A DNA stretch of 63,893 bases, from positions 1-63,893 of the forward strand of contig CAKOLW010000005.1 of assembly GCA_934096405.1 (NCBI GenBank), in the 5' to 3' direction. Below the pieces are notes generated by a model. The model was not told the origin of the DNA and did not search any database. It worked only from the letters and a program-made list of their open reading frames with translations. The position numbers were made by a program, and so were the translations under genes. This document shows, piece after piece, positions 20,439-30,168 of this stretch (its first letter is position 1; the number at the start of each line of letters is the position of its first letter). Source of the DNA: an uncultured Bacilli bacterium. Lineage in GTDB: Bacteria; Bacillota_I; Bacilli_A; RF39; UBA660.

Positions 20439-21317
20439 ATGATAAAGATAAGCAAAGTTTATTTTATTAAGAATATTACTAAAGAGAATGTAGTAAGAAT
20501 CTATGAAGAATTAAATAAAGAATTAAAGGGAAATGTAGCTGTTAAAGTTCATTCTGGAGAAGACGGTAATCAAAATTATTTGAGACCAGAATTTTTAGTA
20601 CCAATTATAGAGAAAGTTAATGGTACTGTAGTCGAGTGTAATACTGCTTATGAAGGTGCTAGAAATACTACAGATAAACATAAGGAATTAATGGATAAAC
20701 ATGGTTGGAGTAAATACTTTAATGTTGACATTATGGATAGTGAAGGAGATATTTGTTTAGATATTCCTAATGGTAAGGTAATTAAAAAGAATTATGTAGG
20801 AAGTCATATTAAGAATTATGATTCTATGTTAGTTTTATCACATTTTAAAGGACATCCTATGGGAGGATTTGGAGGGGCTTTAAAGCAACTTTCAATCGGA
20901 TGTGCATCAAGTTATGGTAAGAGATATATTCATTGTGCAGGAAAAGAAAATGGTAGTTATGAAGATATGTTTCATGTAGAACAAGATAAGTTTTTGGAAT
21001 CAATGGCTGATGCTGCTTCTAGTATAACTAATTTATTTAAAGATAATATTGCTTATATAAATATAATGTGTAATATGAGTGTTGATTGTGATTGCTGTGC
21101 AGTAGCAGAAGATCCTTGTATGAAAGATATTGGAATACTTGCTAGTGTTGATCCTGTAGCTCTAGATAAAGCTTGTATTGATTTAGTATATAATAGTAAT
21201 GATCCAGGAAGAGATCATTTAGTAGAAAGAATTGAATCTAGAAATGGTGTTCATATGATAGATAGTGCTCAAGAATTGGGTGTTGGAAGTATTCAATATG
21301 AATTAATAGAATTATAG
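20439..21317 (+). CDS. DUF362 domain protein
   Basis: VAVKVHSGEDGN..., FKGHPMGGFGGALKQLSIGC, Cys cluster SVDCDCCAV. Confidence 0.6.
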   Translation: MIKISKVYFIKNITKENVVRIYEELNKELKGNVAVKVHSGEDGNQNYLRPEFLVPIIEKVNGTVVECNTAYEGARNTTDKHKELMDKHGWSKYFNVDIMDSEGDICLDIPNGKVIKKNYVGSHIKNYDSMLVLSHFKGHPMGGFGGALKQLSIGCASSYGKRYIHCAGKENGSYEDMFHVEQDKFLESMADAASSITNLFKDNIAYINIMCNMSVDCDCCAVAEDPCMKDIGILASVDPVALDKACIDLVYNSNDPGRDHLVERIESRNGVHMIDSAQELGVGSIQYELIEL

Positions 21318-21325
21318 GAGGTATT

Positions 21326-22273
21326 ATGAATAATATAACTATTATAGGCGGTGGAGTTTTAGGTAGTCAAATAGCTTTTCAAAGTGCATACTCTGGAAAG
21401 AAAGTTACTATTTGGTTAAGAAGTAAAGAAAGTATAGATAGAACTACACCTAAATTAGAACATATTAAATCTTGTTATATAGAAGCTATTGAAGAAATGG
21501 ATAAATCTATAAATAATTGGTGTAATGGTATAAGTGATGTAGATAATTTTAATAAAGAAGAATGTTTAAAGAAAGTAGAAGATGCTTTTGTTAATATTAG
21601 AATAGAATTAGATATGAAAGAAGCTTTAAAAGATGCTGATTTAGTTATAGAATCTATGACAGAAGATATTAATACTAAGAAAGATTTATTTATTAAAATG
21701 AGTAAGTTATTAGACGAGAAGACTATTTTAGTTACTAATTCTTCTACTATATTGCCAAGTAAATTAAGAAACTATACTGGAAGAAGTGATAAGTTTTTAA
21801 GTTTACATTTTGCGAATACTATTTGGAAAAATAATATAGTGGAAGTTATGAAACATGATAAAACTAGTGATGATAGTTTTAATAAAGTAATAGAATTTTC
21901 TAAGGAAATTAGAATGATACCGCTTCCTTTACTTAAAGAGAAAAGTGGGTACTTACTTAATTCTATGTTAATTCCACTTTTGTTTTCAGCCTTGGATTTA
22001 TATGTCAATGGAGTAAGTGATTTTAAAAGTATTGATGAAGCTTGGACTAAAGGTACTGGTTCACCTAAAGGACCTTTTAGAATATTAGATACTGTTGGAC
22101 TTAAGACTGCATATGAAATAGTTAATATGTATGTTAAAACGCCTTCCTTTTTAGCACCTTATAATTTTAAGGGAATGGCTAAGTTGTTGAAACAATATAT
22201 TGATGAAGGCAAGTTAGGTGAAAGTACTGGGATTGGGTTTTATGAATATGTGAAAAGTGATAAAAATAATTGA
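21326..22273 (+). CDS. 3-hydroxyacyl-CoA dehydrogenase family NAD-binding protein
   Basis: Rossmann motif ITIIGGGVLGSQIA, conserved HFANTIW and GPFRILDTVGL segments. Confidence 0.8.
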   Translation: MNNITIIGGGVLGSQIAFQSAYSGKKVTIWLRSKESIDRTTPKLEHIKSCYIEAIEEMDKSINNWCNGISDVDNFNKEECLKKVEDAFVNIRIELDMKEALKDADLVIESMTEDINTKKDLFIKMSKLLDEKTILVTNSSTILPSKLRNYTGRSDKFLSLHFANTIWKNNIVEVMKHDKTSDDSFNKVIEFSKEIRMIPLPLLKEKSGYLLNSMLIPLLFSALDLYVNGVSDFKSIDEAWTKGTGSPKGPFRILDTVGLKTAYEIVNMYVKTPSFLAPYNFKGMAKLLKQYIDEGKLGESTGIGFYEYVKSDKNN

Positions 22274-22288
22274 AGTTGTTTGAATAAT

Positions 22289-22470
22289 TTGATAAAATTG
22301 ATACATAAGATATGAAGGAGTAATTGAACTATGAGAGAAATAATTTTCTTCGAATTAGGTACCAAACTTGGTACGAATTTCGGGGGGGGTTAAAAATAAT
22401 GCCTCTCATAGTTTTTTCGTTATATTAAATTCATAGGCATCAGTCTATGAGTTTTTTAGTGCTCTAAAAA
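22289..22470 (+). promoter_or_regulatory. Conserved leader element, copy 1 (SD + sORF ending in G8 + two terminator-like hairpins)
   Basis: Aligns by eye over ~150 nt with 61758..61975. G8 at 22382..22389. Long-range pairing of ctatgagag (22329..22337) with ctctcatag (22403..22411), then T6. Second hairpin tcatag/ctatga (22431..22450), then T6. Confidence 0.7.
22331..22393 (+). CDS. Candidate leader sORF (20 aa, MREIIFFELGTKLGTNFGGG)
   Basis: AAGGAG SD at 22315..22320, 10 nt before the ATG. Conserved counterpart at 61833..61898. Translation is unproven. Confidence 0.4.
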   Translation: MREIIFFELGTKLGTNFGGG

Positions 22471-22483
22471 ATGGAGGCAAAAG

Positions 22484-24013
22484 ATGAAGGAAAGAAAATA
22501 TGCTTTGTTTGGAATAATTACAACAATAATTTTAATAATTGGAACTACACTAGCATACTTTAAATTTCAAGTATTTGGAAATAAAAAAGTAATAAATGTG
22601 GAATCAACTAACTTACAAATAATATTTAATAATGGAGATAGTACATTTGAAGGAAATGCTTTAGAACCAGGTAATTATGATGAAATAAAGACATTTAGTG
22701 TTAAAAACGAAACAGATACAGAGTTTAAATATAATATAATAATAAAAGATTTAATAAATACATTTGTAACAAAAGGTTATTTAGTATATAAAATAACTAA
22801 TACATCAAATAATGGAGGATACAGTATGAATGATTTTGAAGATATACCAAAATCATCAATAGCTTTAGATATAGGACTAGCATATAATATAACTATTCCA
22901 TCAGGAGTAACACAGGATTATACTATAGAGATAAAGTATTTAAATGATTCAAGTTATGACCAATCAGATGATATGGAAAAAGAAGTATCAGGTAGTATTT
23001 ATATATCAAAAGGGACAGAACCAACATTTATAACAAAAATATTAGAACAGAATAAAACAATAAGTGAAAGAACTAATTTTAAAGTAACCAATACAGAAAC
23101 AACAACAGGAACAATATATAAAACAAATAAAACAGAAGATGGAAGTGAAGTATATTATTATTCAGGTAATACAATAGATAATTGGGTTAAGTTTGGAAAG
23201 TATACAACAGATGATACTTCAAGCAAGAAATTATGGGAATCTGGAGACGATATGTACTGGAGAATAATAAGAACAAATGAAGATGGGAGTGTAAGACTAT
23301 TATATTCTGGAACGAGTCCAGATACAACAGAAGGCTATATAGGAACCTCAGTATTTAGTAATTCAACTAAAGATCCATTGTATGTAGGTTATATGTATGG
23401 AACAAGTGGATCTTTAGAAAGTAATAGAACAAATGAAAATGATAGTACAATAAAAACTGTAATTGACAAATGGTATCAAAATAATTTACTTACTGATTAT
23501 GATAAATATATAAGTAAAGATGCAATATATTGTAATGATAGAAATGCTAGTACTTACGCTTTAGAAGGAACTTATCATTTTAATACATACTCTAGAATTG
23601 AACAAGGCTCATCTACTTTAAAATGCGAAAATAAAAGTGATTCATTTAGTTATAATAATACAAGTGCAAAATTAAAATATCCTATAGCATTAGTAACTGC
23701 GGATGAATTAAATTTTGCTGGGGGATATCTTGAAATTGCAGCTGAAGGAGCTTATTTCACAGTTAATAGGAATAATCTTTCAATTACTAATACACTATTT
23801 TGGTGGACAATGAGCCCTTGGGGACTATATACTACAATGGCAGATATTTTAAGAGCAAATAATAAGGGAACTATTGGAGGAAATGGCTCATTTATTAATA
23901 CTATAGCTGTAAGACCTGTTATATCTATATCTTCATGTGCAATAGTTAAATCTGGTAATGGTACGGCTGAGGAACCATATGAAATTGATTATACTAATAG
24001 TTGCAAGGGTTAA
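22484..24013 (+). CDS. Secreted protein: SipW/TasA-type signal peptide and camelysin/TasA-like N-domain fused to the C-domain shared with 1..1149
   Basis: The N-terminus MKERKYALFGIITTIILIIGTTLAYF matches the SipW-cognate signal pattern (..GGTxAYF). The C-terminal ~330 aa are paralogous to 1..1149. SD ggagg. Confidence 0.8.
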   Translation: MKERKYALFGIITTIILIIGTTLAYFKFQVFGNKKVINVESTNLQIIFNNGDSTFEGNALEPGNYDEIKTFSVKNETDTEFKYNIIIKDLINTFVTKGYLVYKITNTSNNGGYSMNDFEDIPKSSIALDIGLAYNITIPSGVTQDYTIEIKYLNDSSYDQSDDMEKEVSGSIYISKGTEPTFITKILEQNKTISERTNFKVTNTETTTGTIYKTNKTEDGSEVYYYSGNTIDNWVKFGKYTTDDTSSKKLWESGDDMYWRIIRTNEDGSVRLLYSGTSPDTTEGYIGTSVFSNSTKDPLYVGYMYGTSGSLESNRTNENDSTIKTVIDKWYQNNLLTDYDKYISKDAIYCNDRNASTYALEGTYHFNTYSRIEQGSSTLKCENKSDSFSYNNTSAKLKYPIALVTADELNFAGGYLEIAAEGAYFTVNRNNLSITNTLFWWTMSPWGLYTTMADILRANNKGTIGGNGSFINTIAVRPVISISSCAIVKSGNGTAEEPYEIDYTNSCKG

Positions 24014-24324
24014 AATTTTTTTAAAATTATAAACTTAATAGTTTACTATATATAATTTAGAATTATAATATTTATTATTATTTTGTAATATTATATTATA
24101 ATCTTTTAATTTTGTTTTTTTGCTAATAATGTTAATTAATTATAAGTAAATTTTTTCAATGTTATTTTATATTTTTAATATTTTTGTGTTGTTTACATAT
24201 ACTTTTAAAGATAATTTTATTATCTTAGTGATTAGTTTGAATAGTGATTAGACTGAAAATAAAAAAATAATTTATAATTATTTTATGAGCATAATTATTT
24301 GTTTTTAATAATTATAAAATTGTA

Positions 24325-24353
24325 TTGACAAACAAATTATCGGTTGGTATAAT
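24325..24353 (+). promoter_or_regulatory. Consensus sigma-A promoter
   Basis: TTGACA, 17 nt spacer, TATAAT, located 25 nt upstream of the 24379 start. Confidence 0.7.
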
Positions 24354-24378
24354 TTAGATATGCTTAGGAGGAAACTAT

Positions 24379-24861
24379 ATGAAAAGATTATTTATTGATT
24401 TTGATGGAGTAATACTTGATACTATGACTATCTTATATGAAGAAGCAAGAAGACAAGAATATGATGTGAATGATACAGAATTTTATAAAAATTTTAATTT
24501 TAAATGTATATTAAAAGATAAATATATTATTAATGATAGTATTAATTGTATTCAAAGAATAATTGATTCTAACAAATTTGAAGTGAGTATTTTAACTCAT
24601 TGTAATAGTATTAAAGAAGGCAGTGATAAAGTTAAGTATATTAGAAAACATTTTAAAGATATTACAGTTATTATATGTCCTAAAGATATTTCTAAAACTA
24701 AAATGGTTCATACTGAAGGTGCGATACTTGTAGATGATTATGCTGGAAATTTGAGAGAGTGGGAAAGTGAAGGTGGAATACCTGTTAGATTTTCTACTAA
24801 ATTAAATAGTAAAGGATTTAAGGTTATTGATAGATTAGATAGCCTTTTGGAAATGTTTTAA
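24379..24861 (+). CDS. HAD-superfamily hydrolase (5'(3')-deoxyribonucleotidase-like)
   Basis: HAD motif I FIDFDGVILDT and a late VDD motif. 160 aa. Confidence 0.6.
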   Translation: MKRLFIDFDGVILDTMTILYEEARRQEYDVNDTEFYKNFNFKCILKDKYIINDSINCIQRIIDSNKFEVSILTHCNSIKEGSDKVKYIRKHFKDITVIICPKDISKTKMVHTEGAILVDDYAGNLREWESEGGIPVRFSTKLNSKGFKVIDRLDSLLEMF

Positions 24862-24863
24862 TT

Positions 24864-25385
24864 ATGAAGATAGATAAATTAATATTAAATCCATTAGATA
24901 ATAATACTTATTTTATAATCAACAATAATGAAGTTATAGTTGTTGACCCAGCAGAAGATACTATTAAGATACAAGAATATTTAGATAAAAATAAGCTTAA
25001 AATATGTGCGATATTTATAACACATTATCATTATGATCATATTGGTTCACTTGAGTATTTAAAAGAAAAATATAAAATTAAAGTATATGATTATACTACT
25101 ATAGGAAGTTTTAAAGAAATAGGATTAAAATTTAAGGTTATTCCTAGTAAAGGACATTCTATGGATAGTGTTAGTTTTTATTTTGAAAAAACTAAAGATT
25201 TATTTGTGGGAGATTTTGTGTTTTATGAAAGCATTGGTAGGATGGATTTAGAAGGAGGTAGTGAAGAAGAAATGTACTATAGTTTAAATGAACTTAAAAA
25301 ATTTGATAAAGATACGAAATTATATCCCGGACATGGAATTAGTACAACTTTAGAACATGAACTTCTTTATAATCCATATATATGA
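24864..25385 (+). CDS. MBL-fold metallo-hydrolase
   Basis: THYHYDHIG metal-binding motif, GHS, PGHG. Confidence 0.8.
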   Translation: MKIDKLILNPLDNNTYFIINNNEVIVVDPAEDTIKIQEYLDKNKLKICAIFITHYHYDHIGSLEYLKEKYKIKVYDYTTIGSFKEIGLKFKVIPSKGHSMDSVSFYFEKTKDLFVGDFVFYESIGRMDLEGGSEEEMYYSLNELKKFDKDTKLYPGHGISTTLEHELLYNPYI

Positions 25386-27559
25386 TAGCAAGTGTATTAA
25401 TTGAATATAGTGTTAAATCATTAGATAAGACTTTTGATTATTTAGTGCCTAATAGTTTAGTAAATGAAATTAAAGTTGGTCAAAAAGTTTTAGTGCCTTT
25501 TGGGGTAAAAGAAGTTGAAGGCTTTGTAATGGGATTCAAAAAAGAAAAAGAAGATGATTTAGAATATAAATATATTATAGATATTGTAGAAAAAGATTTT
25601 TGTTTAAATGAAGAATTAATTAAATTAGGTAAATATGTTAAAGAAACAACTTTATCTACATTAATTAGTGCTTATCAATCAATGTTTCCTAAAGCATTAA
25701 AAGCATCAAATAAAACCAATATTGGATTAAAAACTAAAAGTTTAGTTTATTTAAATAATGAAGTTGATATAGATAAGTTTATTGAAAGCAATAAAAGAAA
25801 AAAACGACAAGTTGAGATTGTTAAGTTATTAAGAGAAAAGAAAGAAATAGAAAGAAAAGAAATTAATTCAACATCTTTAAGAGAACTTATAGAAAGTAAT
25901 ATTGTTTTAGTTAAAGAAGTTGAAGAGTTAAGAAAAGTTGATTATATAGAGAGTAAAAAAGAAGATATTATTTTGACTGAATCACAGAAAGAATGCTTGA
26001 ATGAAATTAAAAATAGTACAAATAATAAAGTTTTATTATATGGTGTTACTGGAAGTGGTAAGACTGAAATATATATTAATTTAATTAAATCATATTTAGA
26101 AGATAATAAAAGTATTATTATGCTTGTTCCTGAGATTAGTTTGACTCCACAGATAGTTAGTAGATTTAAGAGTGAGTTTGGAAGTAGCGTTGCAGTATTA
26201 CATAGTGCTTTATCTGAAGGTGAAAAATATGATGAGTATAGAAGAATAGTAAGAGGAGAAGTAAATATAGTAGTGGGTGCTAGAAGTGCAGTTTTTGCAC
26301 CTATTAAAAATATAGGTTTAATTATTATAGATGAGTGTGGAAGTCCATCGTTTAAGCAAGATGTTAATCCAAAGTATAATGCTATAGATGTTGCTTTTAA
26401 AAGAGCTGAATACAACAATTCTCTGGTACTTATGGGAAGTGCTACACCTTTATTAGAACAGTTTGCTAGAGGAGAAAAGGGAGTATTTAAATTAGTTAAA
26501 TTAACTGAAAGAGTTAGTAATAAATTACCTTTTATTAAAACTATTGATATGAACGAGGAAGTTAAAAAAAGAAATTTTACTATTAGTAGTGAACTCAAAG
26601 AAAAAATAAATGACAGATTAAATAAACATGAACAAGTAATATTATTATTAAATAGAAGAGGTTATTCAACATTTATGAGTTGCTCTTCGTGTGGATATGT
26701 TTGGAAGTGTCCTAATTGTGATATATCATTAATTTATCACAAGACATCTAATAATTTAAGATGTCATTATTGTGGATATACTACTACAATGAGCAAAGTA
26801 TGTCCTAGTTGCAAAGAAGAAGCAGTAAAAGATTTAGGTATGGGCACTGAAAAATTAGAAAGTATAGTTAAAGAGATGTTTCCAAATTCTAAAGTAATAA
26901 GAATGGATTTAGATACTACTTATAGAAAAGGGTCTCATCAGAAAATTATAGAAAGCTTTAAAAATCATGAATATGATATTTTGATAGGTACACAGATGAT
27001 ATCTAAAGGGCTTAATTTTAGAGATGTTAGTTTAGTTGGAGTAATTAATGCTGATGCATCACTTAATATTCCTGATTTTAGAAGTGGAGAGAGAACTTTT
27101 GAATTATTAATGCAAACTTCTGGAAGATGTGGTAGGTATGAACTTGATGGAGAAGTTTTAATACAAACTTATAATAAAGATAATTATGTTTTTGATAGTT
27201 TAAAAAAACAAGATTATGTTGATTTTTATAAAAAGGAAATGAAGATTAGAAAAGAATTAAAGTATCCGCCTTATTATTATATGGTTTCTATAAAAATAGT
27301 TAGTAATAATTATGAGATGGCTAGAGATGAAAGTAATAAGGTTAAAAAGTATCTTGATAAAAATTTAAGTGATAATTTTATCGTACTTGGTCCTTCTACT
27401 GCGAGTATATTTAAATTAAAAAATAATTATTATTTTCAAATATTAATTAAGTATAAAAAAGAAGAAAATTTAATGAGTGTTTTAAGTGAGTTAAATGATT
27501 TATATACTAGTGATAGGGTTAAACTTGATATTAATATAAATCCTTTAAATCTAATCTAA
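25382..27559 (+). CDS. priA: Primosomal protein N' (replication restart helicase PriA)
   Basis: Walker A GVTGSGKTE, Walker B IIIDE, Cys-rich zinc region CSSCG..CPNCD..CHYCG..CPSC. 725 aa. Confidence 0.95.
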   Translation: MIASVLIEYSVKSLDKTFDYLVPNSLVNEIKVGQKVLVPFGVKEVEGFVMGFKKEKEDDLEYKYIIDIVEKDFCLNEELIKLGKYVKETTLSTLISAYQSMFPKALKASNKTNIGLKTKSLVYLNNEVDIDKFIESNKRKKRQVEIVKLLREKKEIERKEINSTSLRELIESNIVLVKEVEELRKVDYIESKKEDIILTESQKECLNEIKNSTNNKVLLYGVTGSGKTEIYINLIKSYLEDNKSIIMLVPEISLTPQIVSRFKSEFGSSVAVLHSALSEGEKYDEYRRIVRGEVNIVVGARSAVFAPIKNIGLIIIDECGSPSFKQDVNPKYNAIDVAFKRAEYNNSLVLMGSATPLLEQFARGEKGVFKLVKLTERVSNKLPFIKTIDMNEEVKKRNFTISSELKEKINDRLNKHEQVILLLNRRGYSTFMSCSSCGYVWKCPNCDISLIYHKTSNNLRCHYCGYTTTMSKVCPSCKEEAVKDLGMGTEKLESIVKEMFPNSKVIRMDLDTTYRKGSHQKIIESFKNHEYDILIGTQMISKGLNFRDVSLVGVINADASLNIPDFRSGERTFELLMQTSGRCGRYELDGEVLIQTYNKDNYVFDSLKKQDYVDFYKKEMKIRKELKYPPYYYMVSIKIVSNNYEMARDESNKVKKYLDKNLSDNFIVLGPSTASIFKLKNNYYFQILIKYKKEENLMSVLSELNDLYTSDRVKLDININPLNLI

Positions 27560-27596
27560 TATTTGATAAAATATACATAAGAAAGGTGTTAATGTT

Positions 27597-28529
27597 ATGA
27601 AAGATAAAAAAGTAATATTTATGGGTACTCCTGATTTTGCAGTACCTGTGTTAAGAAAATTAATTGAAGAAACTAATGTTGTTTTAGTTGTCACTCAGCC
27701 TGATAAAATGGTGGGAAGACATCAAGAAGTAATGTATACACCTATAAAAAAGGTTGCTTTAGAAAATAATATAACTGTGTTTCAGCCAAATAATATTAAA
27801 GAAGATAATAAAATTATTTTTGATACAGATGTAGATATTATTGTGACTTGTGCATTTGGTCAATTTATACCTGAAAGTATTTTAGAATTTCCAAAGTATA
27901 AAAGTATTAATGTTCATGCATCACTTTTACCTAAATTAAGAGGAGGAGCACCTTTGCATAAATGTTTAATAGATGGTTACAAGAAAACTGGTATTACAAT
28001 TATGTATATGACTAAGGGAATGGATACTGGAGATATAATTAGTCAAGAGAGTATTGATATAAATATTAATGATAATGTTGGAATTATTCATGATAAGTTA
28101 AGTGTAATTGGTGCAGATTTATTAATTAAAACATTACCTAGTATATTTGAAGGCACTAATAAAAGAATAAAGCAAGATGAAAATGAAGTTACTTATGCAT
28201 ATAATATAAGTCGTGAAGAAGAAAAACTTGATTTTAGTAAAAGTAGTTTAGAAGTACATAACCAAATAAGAGGTCTATATCCATATCCTGTAAGTTACAC
28301 TATATTTGATGGAAATATCATAAAGATATGCGTATCAGAATTAAATGATTCAACTATTGGAAAATCTGGGGAAATAACTAAAGTGACTAAAGATGGTATT
28401 ATAGTTAAGTGTAGTGACAAAAGTATATTAATAAAAAAATTAAAACCTAGTGGTAAAAAAGAAATGAATAGTATAGATTTTGCCAACGGTTATGGAAAAG
28501 AAAAATTAATTGGGAGAGTATTTGAATGA
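27597..28529 (+). CDS. fmt: Methionyl-tRNA formyltransferase
   Basis: VIFMGTPDFAVPVL, HASLLPKLRGGAPL. 310 aa. Confidence 0.95.
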   Translation: MKDKKVIFMGTPDFAVPVLRKLIEETNVVLVVTQPDKMVGRHQEVMYTPIKKVALENNITVFQPNNIKEDNKIIFDTDVDIIVTCAFGQFIPESILEFPKYKSINVHASLLPKLRGGAPLHKCLIDGYKKTGITIMYMTKGMDTGDIISQESIDININDNVGIIHDKLSVIGADLLIKTLPSIFEGTNKRIKQDENEVTYAYNISREEEKLDFSKSSLEVHNQIRGLYPYPVSYTIFDGNIIKICVSELNDSTIGKSGEITKVTKDGIIVKCSDKSILIKKLKPSGKKEMNSIDFANGYGKEKLIGRVFE

Positions 28530-29260
28530 ATGATGTAGAGAAAGAAGAACAAAGAAAAAGGTTAATTAAAATTGGTATTTATGTTGGTGTATTTGTATTA
28601 GCTTTTATTATTTTAAAAATAGAAAGTTTAACTAGTTCTAAAAATAATGATAGAGACAATGATAAGCAAGTTACTTCAGATAAAATTGAAGTAGTTGACA
28701 ATATACTTAAAATATCTCAAAATAGTTATGAAGAAAATGTATTTTTAACTATGGACGATGATGCATTAACATTAGAATTTCAAAAAACTGATAATATAAT
28801 TGTTGGTTCTAAAAAGTATCATGGTGAAACAATAACTTTTATAAACAAGGATAGTCAATATTATAAAGTCGACGAAGAAAGCCAATCATTAGTCCCATTA
28901 ACTGATTTTGTTGACTTTAATTATGATAAAACTTTTATGGAATTATCTAATATTAAATTATTATTAAATAAGAGTAATTCTCCTGTTGTAAGTGATGATA
29001 AGGTAAGTTATAAGTATACTCTTAAAGATATTTTGCCAATATATAATAATTATAATAGTACAACATATATAGATTTAGGAAAAGGAAATATTACATTAGA
29101 TATTTATTATAAAGATAAATCTTTAGATTATATTTTAATAGATACAACTGATTTATATAATAAAATAAATGATAAAGAATTGAATCAAGTTCTTTATAAA
29201 ATATTTATAAAACAAGCTGATGCTGAAGATACTACTTGGTTAGAAAATTTATTAAAATAA
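28526..29260 (+). CDS. Membrane-anchored protein of unknown function
   Basis: N-terminal TM (IGIYVGVFVLAFIILKI). Overlaps the fmt stop by 4 nt. Confidence 0.6.
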   Translation: MNDVEKEEQRKRLIKIGIYVGVFVLAFIILKIESLTSSKNNDRDNDKQVTSDKIEVVDNILKISQNSYEENVFLTMDDDALTLEFQKTDNIIVGSKKYHGETITFINKDSQYYKVDEESQSLVPLTDFVDFNYDKTFMELSNIKLLLNKSNSPVVSDDKVSYKYTLKDILPIYNNYNSTTYIDLGKGNITLDIYYKDKSLDYILIDTTDLYNKINDKELNQVLYKIFIKQADAEDTTWLENLLK

Positions 29261-29444
29261 ATATCTAGTTTTGTCGATTTTAATGAATTTTATTAATATA
29301 AGTTATATTATATATTTGAGGTGAAGATAAATAGACGAAATAGATAAAATTTATGATGAAATAATTGATAAATTAACTTTGTCAATTATTGAAACTAGGA
29401 GGAAATTTAAGGATAACACTTAAATTTCTTTTTAATACATTTTA

Positions 29445-29473
29445 TTGACAAATGTATTATAAAATTGTAAAAT
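29445..29473 (+). promoter_or_regulatory. Sigma-A-type promoter
   Basis: TTGACA, 17 nt spacer, TAAAAT. It overlaps the ATG at 29452 listed in the ORF track, which argues for the later start at 29497. Confidence 0.6.
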
Positions 29474-29496
29474 TAAAATGGAAGAGGGGCAGAAGT

Positions 29497-29814
29497 ATGA
29501 TAGATGAAAAAATCCTTTTGACAACTAATGACATACTAGAAAAAGAATTTAAAATTGATGCCAGAGGATATAGGCCTCAGGAAGTTGATAAGTTTTTGGA
29601 TATTATTATTAGAGATTATACCGAATATGATAAATTAATAAATAGGTATGAAACTGAATTAAAGTCTATTTTAGCTGAAAATGCTAAATTAAAAAGCGAA
29701 CTTAGAAATTTAAGGTCTACTCTTAGTGTTGCTGAAAATAAGAGTGGTCAAACTAATCTTGATATTTTAAGAAGGCTTAGTGAACTTGAAAAAATAGTTT
29801 ATGGAGAAGAATAA
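29497..29814 (+). CDS. DivIVA-domain protein (GpsB-like cell-cycle protein)
   Basis: ILEKEFKIDARGYRPQEVDKFLDIIIRDY is the DivIVA/GpsB N-domain, followed by a coiled-coil tail. SD gaagagggg. Confidence 0.8.
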   Translation: MIDEKILLTTNDILEKEFKIDARGYRPQEVDKFLDIIIRDYTEYDKLINRYETELKSILAENAKLKSELRNLRSTLSVAENKSGQTNLDILRRLSELEKIVYGEE

Positions 29815-30150
29815 ATATCTTAGGTAAACGCTGCATATAATTATGTAGAGGAAAGTCCATACTCGCACATTGCTGAGATGCATGTAGTGATCATGCTAGA
29901 GAAAAAAATAACTCTAGGTAGCAAATGCTAACGGCTTCGAAAAAGAGAAGAACTCTCTTGATTAGATATAAAAGTGCCATAGTGACGATGTCCTTTAGGA
30001 ATAAGGGAAGTGGAACGAGGTAAACCCCATGAGCGAGAAACCCAAAATTGGTAGGGGAGTCTTCACAAATGAAATGAAAAGAGTGAAGAAGTTATTAACT
30101 AGATAAATGTTTACCACCCGTAAGGGTACAGAAAATGGCTTATTAGATAT
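29815..30150 (+). ncRNA. rnpB: RNase P RNA, type B (Firmicutes type)
   Basis: Universal motifs GAGGAAAGTCCATACTCGCAC, AGTGCCATAGTGACGA, GGTAAACCCCATGAGCGAGAAACCC, ACAGAAAATGGCTTA. P1 pairing of aatatct with agatatt at the ends. Confidence 0.9.
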
Positions 30151-30168
30151 TTATTAAAATAAAGGAGA

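Noticed and set aside
22382-22389. The G8-containing leader as a member of a known riboswitch class (c-di-GMP-I/II and others were considered).
   Set aside because: I could not find the conserved core sequences of those classes by eye. It is kept as an unclassified leader in the findings instead.
24014-24324. Many short palindromes (for example gataattttattatc and aataatttataattatt) in the 365-bp AT-rich spacer after the TasA-like gene; considered as an invertible promoter or repeat array.
   Set aside because: They are made of A/T only, are short and are not arranged as flanking inverted repeats. This is expected by chance at this base composition.
29330-29432. Start-less frame IDEIDKIYDEIIDKLTLSIIETRRKFKDNT upstream of the gpsB-like gene.
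   Set aside because: It has no start codon, stops lie immediately upstream, and it overlaps a terminator-like hairpin (gaaatttaag..ttaaatttc + T run). It is likely non-coding or a relic.
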